64,000 nucleotides of DNA from the NCBI GenBank assembly GCA_964016885.1, contig OZ024740.1, positions 241,552,001 to 241,616,000 of the forward strand. Reading direction: 5' to 3'. Shown in pieces: positions 55,701 to 64,000 of the stretch. Each line of letters starts with the position of its first letter. Positions within the stretch are counted from its first letter, which is position 1. Under the pieces are notes generated by a model that searched no databases, was not told the origin of the DNA, and was given only the letters and a program-made list of their open reading frames with translations. This DNA comes from Eledone cirrhosa. Lineage: Eukaryota. Position numbers and translations under genes: made by a program.

Positions 55701-58482
55701 TGAACCGTCAGTTTCTGAACGCTGGGTTTGCGTTCATTGAGATCAAAATCGAATAATCTCCAACAAGCTTCGTTAGATCCAATCGAGCGAACATCCTGGA
55801 ACCTGCCAACTTCCTCTCCTTGGTTCGCTTCCTCATTCCTGACATTGATCATTGCCCGATCATGACCTTTGTAAACATATTTGAATATATATTTGCAAGC
55901 TTTCACTGAGCTACAAATTTCCACATTAATATGACAACGATATTTCATATTCAAATATGGATTGTATGGCACAACCATACATTTACATTTTCGACCAAAC
56001 CGCCATCGGCAGGCGACCGTCTTCTGTATGAGGCATGAGCATCCCCATCGTTCCAGGAAGTGTTCGTGACAAAAGATTTCGGAAAGTGCTTACTGCTGGC
56101 CATTTTTCATGCAAGACGCTTTCCGATTTGCCACTCGACATTGGTTGTGCACCATTGACTTTGCCACCAAGTTGCGTAGTGCCTCATTCTCCGGCAGTTC
56201 AGCACACACAACGCTGTCGACATCCTCAGCACATCTCAATTTGCAATCCCTATGTAAAATGATCAGCAAATGTGCATGTGGCAATCCTCTTTTTTGGAAT
56301 TCAATTACGTATGTAAAAGCAACTATACCTCCAAAGATTCCCTCTTTTTCCACATCATCCATTATCTTTTTCAGATATCCTTTGAATACTCTTGCCACAA
56401 TATCAGGACGGTCCTTTGGCTGTTGTCCTGGCAAAAGTGCATCCTTAATATCAGCCCATTCAGGAGTGCATGTAACCGTTATAAACAAATCTGGCTTTCC
56501 AAACTTTCTGACAATAGCCATTGCATCCTAATAGCGAATGTTCATATATCTCGGACCGCCGATGAACGACGATGGCAAAATGATGCGTCGACCAATTTGC
56601 TTGTAATTGGCATCATCGAATATATTATTATACAATTCAGCTGTGATATGTTGCTGATGTGTAGCTATATAATTTAGCCTTTGGTTTTCGATCTTTGCGA
56701 ATGCCATACAACAGTATTCCTGGAACAATCTGCTGGCTTGAAATAGCGCAATTCTCTATTGATTCATCTCGTTCAAATGGAACGCGTAAAAGTTGCGAAT
56801 CGAATTATTGTTACTATTGCCGCCTCCCTGATGATGCTGATTCTAAATGAACAGACATTTTCCATACATTTTCACCTTTTGGGAATAAAAGATCATAATG
56901 CAATGGATCGTATGCCCTATTTGACTCATTGAGAGTCTTGAGACCACTATCTCTGCGATTGAGGACGATATCTCACAGCAACTTCACGAAATCCTTCAGG
57001 GGCATTATATCGCCGTTCGGCCTTAATCACCAATGTTTGCTGCTGAACACTTTGCAGTTCAGCCACCAACAAGAAATCCATAACATAAGGATTACACTGT
57101 CTAAGTCATGATTGCAAATCACGGGTCAAATCACTTAGCCTTTGCCGTTCAAGTTCAGTTATATTTCCCGGCAACTTCATCCAACCGATCCTGATATCCT
57201 CCTCCGATTCACTATAATCTGGATCGTTAACGTAAATTTGAGCGAATCGAGGCCTCTCTCTTGGGGTATCTTCTAAATTACCGATACAATGATACAAAAC
57301 CCCTGAATGACTACATTCGGTTGCCATGCTCCACTCTCAAACATCTCACTAACTCTCTGCGATGCTAAAGCTAATGAATTGTTAATTTGCCGCGAATATT
57401 TACGCAGTAATCTACCTCGGTCTCCTTGATCACCCCACATACTTAGTATTTTAAACTCCAGTGACTCCTCATCTTTCGGCATTCGCAAGGGTTCTAGTTG
57501 AACTGCTCCTTTATGACAGCACATTGTGGTCCACGTCTTTTCGTGCCTCCAAAGCAATGCTCCACAATGTGGACACTCTGCTCGTCCACCAATCTGAAAA
57601 TGACACGGTTGCCATGATCCATTTTTTATTATCATTCGTTTGCCTTCTAGCTTCTTTACTGGAATGAGGAGCACTTTGGCGACACATTCTCTGAACTTCT
57701 GTATTGCGCTGGCGCTGTTCAGCCAGCTCCACTTCATCCATCGCAGTACGCCGTTGCTGCTGAATTCTGGCCACCTGCTGATGATGCTCAGCGAGTTCGT
57801 CTTCAACCATCGCAGCACACCGTCGCTTCTTGGCTCCAGTGTTTCGTTGGCGTTGATCAGCCATCTCATCTGAAGTTCGGCGTTCCGATGGCGCTGTTCG
57901 GCCCGTTTTTCTTCATTGCTGGCTGCACACTGTCGCCGCTGTAGTTCACTGTTTGATAAAGTCGAATTGCTTTTATTATCAGTATTCATTTCGAGCAATT
58001 GTCAAAAAATGACACAATAATAAATATAAAAGATGTTCGGCAATGTAAAGAAAGGTCCCTCTTTACTCCCTTCACAACTCTGTGTATGTTAGACTGACAG
58101 ACAGGCACACAGACAGATAAACTGCGTGGCGATTGTGGAACGCCACACACATACACGCATGGAAACGCGAACACGCACGCAAACTTACACACGCACACAC
58201 TCACACATGTTGGTAGTTTTTACTTTCTGTGGAACGCTGCACGCACGCACACACACATAAACGTAGGCGCACGTACATACACAGACACACATGGTAATAG
58301 TTACAGCGTTCACTTTGCCTCTCTGTTTCTTACTCTCCCCTCTCACTCCCTCATTGGCATTATGCATATTAATCTAAGTTTGGCGTCGTTGAGGTGGGCG
58401 GAGTCGTTTGAAACCTATGAACCAATGATAATCGAGAATTGTGACACACGGGATACTGACATTATTGAAATTAATATATAGA
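52784..58482 (-). mobile_element. Decayed autonomous Helitron (Zn finger, HUH Rep, PIF1 helicase)
   Basis: CPHC..CCHKG; GKPDLFITVTC, VIEFQKRGLPHAHLLI, YIFKYVYKG; APGGTGKT, IIWDEAPM, GGDFRQVLP, RRQFP, FSHGQLYVA; multiple stops and frameshifts; candidate 5' A|TCTATATATT at 58482. Confidence 0.92.
53172..53507. repeat. Tandem duplication (~136 bp x2 plus a ~50-bp subunit) in the Helitron 3' region
   Basis: gaa(g/a)gcaattt...tcatttacgtcg occurs twice. Confidence 0.8.
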
Positions 58483-58719
58483 TATTCGGCAATGCTGCGT
58501 CCGGAGCAAAAACCACAATGATCATAAGCTACCTTGAACTCGACAATATCCCTACACCTCTTTACCAAATACGTAACATAGATTTACCGGGGAGGTCTAA
58601 TAAGGAGATCCCTCTATAATTGTATCTATCTTTCTTGTCTTTATATTTCTTGTTTCCCTTTTTGAACAATGGGATTATCACTACCTATTTTTCAGACCCA
58701 CGAAGATTAGGATATAATA

Positions 58720-59430
58720 CTGGGTCGTGAGAATTTTCTTGGGAGCTAACAAATGCTGCACATTTGATATGAAAATGAATGCTGCGAAAACTGAGACTCT
58801 CGTCCTCTCAAAGCAGCCTGTGCAGTGCACTCTACAATTGAGCGGAATTCCATTGAACCAAATGTGTACACGAATGATTAAAGACAGAAGGCTGAATAAA
58901 ATGCATGAATAATAGGAAATATAATCATGCAGCAGCTTTAGCATTCGGTCATCAGAAGAAGGGAGGTAGGTGTAAAAGCCAAATTTGCTCTCTTCAATTC
59001 TGTATTCGTGCCAACCTATGGTCATGAATCTTGGGTAATGACCGAAAGAATACGGTCGCGAGTACAAGCAGCCGAAATAGGGTTTCTCCAAAGGGCCTGT
59101 GGAGTAACGTTGCTCGATAGAGTGCGTAGCTCGGAGATCAGAGAGTCACTCCAGATAGAACCATTACTTCTCCGAATTGAGAGATCAGAGCTCCGATACT
59201 ATGGGCATGTGGTTAGAAAGAATCGCTGGATAGATTTTACGGGAAAAACCAACCGACAGGAGACCCAGGGCTACACCCCGACTAAGATGGTTGAATAAGA
59301 TCCACGAGTTCGGACGGTCATACCTTGTGATCCAGCCGGATCAATTGGAGACAGTTTCTTCTGACATCTGACAGATCTCGCAAGAAGGCGCACTTAAGGA
59401 ATATGCCCCCACAACCCTCCTAGGAATAAG
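58720..59430 (+). mobile_element. Decayed RTE LINE 3' fragment
   Basis: MKMNAAKTE, YGHESWVM..QAAEIGFL, LRYYGHVVR. Confidence 0.8.
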
Positions 59431-60672
59431 TGGGTGAAAAACAAGGATACCAGAGACATGGAAGGTAAAGCCAAACCCAGTTTGGATTGAAAAGAGTTAC
59501 ACATAAAACGAAAGGAAAAAATAATGTTGAAAATGTTGGTTTGAACGTTAATACAAAATGAACAGCAAGGAGAGAACCAATAACAACAACTCACCTTTTG
59601 AAAACACTGCATGTCACGTGGTATGTCCTAAAAAGAAGTATCCCTTTGCCTGAGAATATGATTCAAGAAAAAGCTAAGCGGAACGTGACACAGCTATGTT
59701 TTACAACAAATGAGATAGTTTCCATATGGCCTCAAATGAAGAATTAGATTGAACCTTGAATGATTTGTGACAGTATGTGTATACCTTTTACTTTGGCAGG
59801 TAATGTAGAAGCATACTTTTAGTATTTAAGAGAGATGATGTGTCGAGTAAGTCAGGAATCATATGTTTGGCTCCATGCTAACACGGCAGTATGTGGGAAA
59901 GAGAAATGCGAGGGTGGCAACCAGAAATATTAGTGATAGTTAGGTATTTGTAAACTTTATAGTGGATGATGATCGCAGAAGTGACCTGCAACAACATGTG
60001 GTCAGGTAGGATCTGCATGGATCTCCACGTACTATTGATAAACGATTATCACAAGATGCTTATCCTATAGTGGCAGCTAAAAAAAGAAAGAGACCAATCA
60101 GACTGATCATGCAGTTTTGAAGACTCGTTTGCAAAATATGTGAAAGTAAAAATGACTTGAAAGTTTACTACCCAGAAGTAAAAAGAAGAGTTTAACAGAA
60201 GTAGAGGAAGCAAAAACCTCTGAAACGCAAACTACAGACGAAAAGCCTACGCTTATGACAGCATCGCTGGTCATAGGGGAAGAAATACACATATTCACCT
60301 TATCCTCAGCATTAGAGTTTGAAAAAGTGGAGTACCGAGATAACAAGTGTTCTTCTTTCTCCAGTACAGAGTTGATCAATGGCTCCAAGCGACTGTTCTA
60401 ACTCATCATCTTGCAGTGATGGAGAAATCGGAGCTTGGAGAAACGTTCTTGAGAAGGAGGAGTCAATTAAACTGATCTCAGTACCTGAATGACATTTTTT
60501 TTATCTACTTCGGGAGGACAAGAAGTCAAATTTGTTTTCCTCCCTCTGGAGTTCATGAAATAAAGAAGTTATGAAGTACTAAGCTCAAGTTGATCGACTA
60601 TCACAACTCCTAAAAAACAAACAAAAACAAATCTGATCTTTTGCATATGTTACAAATTATTACTTTGCAGCA

Positions 60673-61509
60673 AGAGTTACGGCCCTTTGTGGTCTGAGTT
60701 CAAATCCCGCCAAGGTTAACTTTGCCTTTCATCCTTACGGGGTCGATAACATAAAGCACCAGTAACTTACTGGGGTCGATTTAATCGACTTTCCTCTACC
60801 CCTATATTACTTACCTTGTGCCTATAGTAGAAACAATTATTATTATTACTATTAGGTGGCGAAAAGAAGACTCAGTAAACCCTAATTACGTCAAACCACC
60901 ATTTTAGATTGGTACTTTTTTATCGTACGCAAAAGAATGAAAGGATAAATTGGCGCTGGCAGGATTTGCATTCAGAATGCAGAGGATCGGAAAAGTATTG
61001 CAAGGCATTCTATTCAATGCGCTAACGATTCTGCCTATTAATCATAAAATGATATCAAAATATTAAGATTTCCACGAGATCCATTTTCTAGAAATGATAG
61101 TCAAATCCTCCTCAAATCACACCCACCGTCTTTAAAAAAAGGAAGATGTATTTTGTATCGGATATAATGTAGTCCTAGTTACATTATACGTTAAACAAAG
61201 GCAAGATGATCATAGCTGGAACGCAACTAACCATAAGTTCGTCTAATCTAGACTGACTTATAACTAAACAGCAGTAACACCATCATTAATAATGGTTTCT
61301 TATATAGGCACAAGGCCAGCAATTTTGGAGGAGGGGAAAGTCGATTAAATCAACCCCAGTGCGTGACTGGTACTTTATTTTATCGACCCCGTAAGGATGA
61401 ATGGCAAAGTTAACCTCGGCAGAATTTGAACTCAGATCATAAAGGGCCGTAACTCTATGTTGCAAAGCATGGCGTCCGACCCTCTACAGATACTGCCAAT
61501 CCACCGCCC
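60673..61509. mobile_element. tRNA-SINE copies (60673-60840 +; ~60900-61035 - old; 61290-61509 - full length)
   Basis: B box and core matches. Confidence 0.8.
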
Positions 61510-61553
61510 TAACAACGTCATTGATAATAAAAAATCGAAATAGAAAATCGTAC

Positions 61554-61636
61554 CTTCGAGAATACTTTTTTATTGATCTTATTATAAATTCGTTTTCAGC
61601 AATGCCATCAACTTCAACTAAATTTGCGCCATCGAT
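61554..61636 (-). CDS. Host-gene exon A: C-type lectin helix region
   Basis: ttttacag|...|gtacga, phase 0/2; IDGANLVEVDGIAENEFIIRSIKKYSR. Confidence 0.8.
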
Positions 61637-62749
61637 CTGTAAAAATCAAAGAAACCCAGAGGAAATTATTTAGTTTAAATTCTTAGAAAGATGAAAAAAC
61701 TCAACAAGAATAGCTGTTAAAACAGCCAAATGCCGTCAATGAAAGCGTCGGGTAAAAATACATCAAAGGACAGAAAACAGTGGTTAGTGGCCGGTAAAGT
61801 GATAAGAAAAGCTCCGAGGTAGGTGACAGGCAGTTGAATTCAGATATACTCACGCTTCGTCTCGATCTTCGAGAGAACACTGTTTATTTATATGGTTTCA
61901 ATTTTTAATAAGTCCGAAGTGGAGTGATTTTAAGATGTTGACGCCATTTCCAGCAGATCAAGCGACCCCGTATATACTTTCATATTTGTCTATAAAGGTC
62001 AAACACTGAACTATTTAATGGTGTGTTACAATTGAACTGAAATTGGCCGAATTGATAAAAAGCTGACTTGATGGTCAAATAGTTGTTGAATCATGCGGAT
62101 AATATCATATGGCCGCCAGTAAGTAAAAAAGCTACTACAGTCGTCATTCGCAATCGAGTATGACTTGATAGAATGTACAATGTTTTCGCTAAAGGTGTTA
62201 GCTGCCTGTACACCCATGCGCAGGCACAGATACCCGCTCGACACTCACTCCCTCTTTTGAACAGGGGGAACATCCAGAATGTGACAGTTAGAAGGCTGCA
62301 ACAGTACTGGGTTGGTACTTTCTTTATTGAGCCCCAAAAGATGACATCTGTGGGATGACAATGGACCTCTGCGGGATTTGACCTGAGAACGCAGAACAAC
62401 TATGCAACAATCCATGTCTCTGCCACGTCAACTTGTCTTATATCACTTGTATTGCCTAGTATCCAATATATCAAGTTCGGCTATTTCTCTGTGTATAACT
62501 GTAGCTATGTATTACGTGTAAGTATATTTCATCGTTGTAAGAATTCGGTACACTGATTTTCTGGTTTGCCACACTGTGTTCACGTGTTTTCATTTGTTTA
62601 AGGAGGGTGTGCAGAATCACTGAAATCTGTAGGATCGACACGAATTCAAAATTGCTGTGGCACCTTCAACAGTGTAAGGACATTAATATTAGCACTGAAT
62701 CATCGCCGAAGATTGAGGTACTAGATTTACTTGTGCCATGTTGATGGCA

Positions 62750-63380
62750 ATAATTCTATTTAGCATTGGTACACGGTCAGTAATTTGGGAGATGGTGAAA
62801 TTCGATTATATCAACCTCAGTCCTTGACTGGTACTATATTTCATCGAACTCGGTAGGATGAAAGGCAAAGTAGATCTCTACGAGATTTGAACACAGAAGC
62901 CTTTGTCCCATGCTCTAATGATTTTTCCAAACAATCTCCCTTTAATTGTTTTTAATTTTGGCACAAGGCCAACAATTTGGGCGAAGGTAAAAGTGAAATA
63001 TATCGACCCCAGTACTTGTCTCGGAAGGATGAAAAGCAAAGTTGATCTCGGCCAGATTTGAATTCAGAACAATATTAATAGAATTTTGGTTTGAAAGGAA
63101 TTATGGCAATATTAAAAGTGAGATTTGTCAACCTTCTTAATATACCAAGTCAAAGTTTACAATACGTATTTCCAACATAAATACAAACCGACATATTTGA
63201 GGGGAAGGGATCTAGTTGATTATACTGACACCTGTACTTCCCTCGTACTTAATTGTTGACACCAGAAGAATTAATAGTAAAACCGACCTCAGCGAGTTTG
63301 ATCTTGCAGTATAAAAAATGAAATTAAATATCTCAGTTAGACTGTGGAGTTCTCTATCGATTCTGCCAATAAAGCCAATC
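62750..63380 (-). mobile_element. Old degenerate tRNA-SINE copies
   Basis: GGCACAAGGCC / GGATGAAA(G/A)GCAAAG / GATTTGAA remnants. Confidence 0.65.
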
Positions 63381-64000
63381 CCAACTTGTAATGACAAAAC
63401 AATGTAGACCATATCTTAATATTTTCGCAACAGTCATCTTGCTTACATTCTTCCAGTTCAGTGATTTTTACTACACAAAAAGTAATAACAACAATAATAA
63501 AAAAAGAAAACAAAACAAAAGAAAAAAAGAATAGGAAAATATAGTGGAAAAAGAGAAAAAAAAAGAAAAAAAAAGAACGGGAAGGGGAGGGAGTGACAAG
63601 GACTCTAGTGTGTATTTGACCTTTTAATAGGCTGGTTTCGGACCGACGTGGAAGCAATGCAAAACGCATCCAGTTTCCATTAATGGACAAGCACTTGGAA
63701 TTAGAATCAAGCCAGTTATTCAAGTGTTTGCAATTTACACCTTATTTAAAGAATGCTGTTTTGAAATATTTACCTTATATTATTGCATAGATTATGTTGC
63801 TCTTTCTGTCAAATATGGCACATATATGAAGAATTTATATATTTATTTCATTTTTACATTAACATTGTTGTTTCCCTTTTGAAATATAGTCAGAAGTGTA
63901 ATCTGGTATGATCATATGTAATCTAATAACATAATTTAATTTATTAGCTATTGAGTTTGGGCTGTAGAAAGAGTCGTAAACAGAGGGTTTCGTTGAACGT

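Noticed and set aside
59430-60420. Moderately complex sequence, possible decayed transposase or exon
   Set aside because: No motif recognised in any frame

Overview
AT-rich metazoan genomic DNA, most likely octopus/cephalopod (inferred from the SINE family and the (TA)n load; not provable here). It is almost entirely repeat-derived intron of a minus-strand host gene. Three phase-compatible exons (61636-61554, 44989-44838, 35192-35085) encode a C-type-lectin domain, possibly of an invertebrate contactin-like protein. The window holds an intact Penelope-like element (PLE; RT + GIY-YIG, Neptune-like) as a 3.27-kb-arm inverted duplication, decayed Nematis-like and GC-rich Neptune-like PLEs, several non-autonomous PLE inverted structures, CR1-, L1/Tx1-, RTE-, CRE- and R4/Dong-type LINEs, one decayed autonomous and several non-autonomous Helitrons, and many tRNA-SINEs. 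Two results stand out. (1) About 15 hammerhead-ribozyme (HHR) motifs occur, including recurring atypical variants: a G.U/N-N/N-N/C.C stem II in four otherwise dissimilar sequences, a CAGANGA core with U.U and a CUU site, and U3-A8 cores. (2) An in-frame U_UUU_UUA slippery site could fuse the PLE's upstream ORF to its RT-endonuclease ORF by -1 frameshifting. All folds were read by eye, and boundaries of degenerate elements are approximate.
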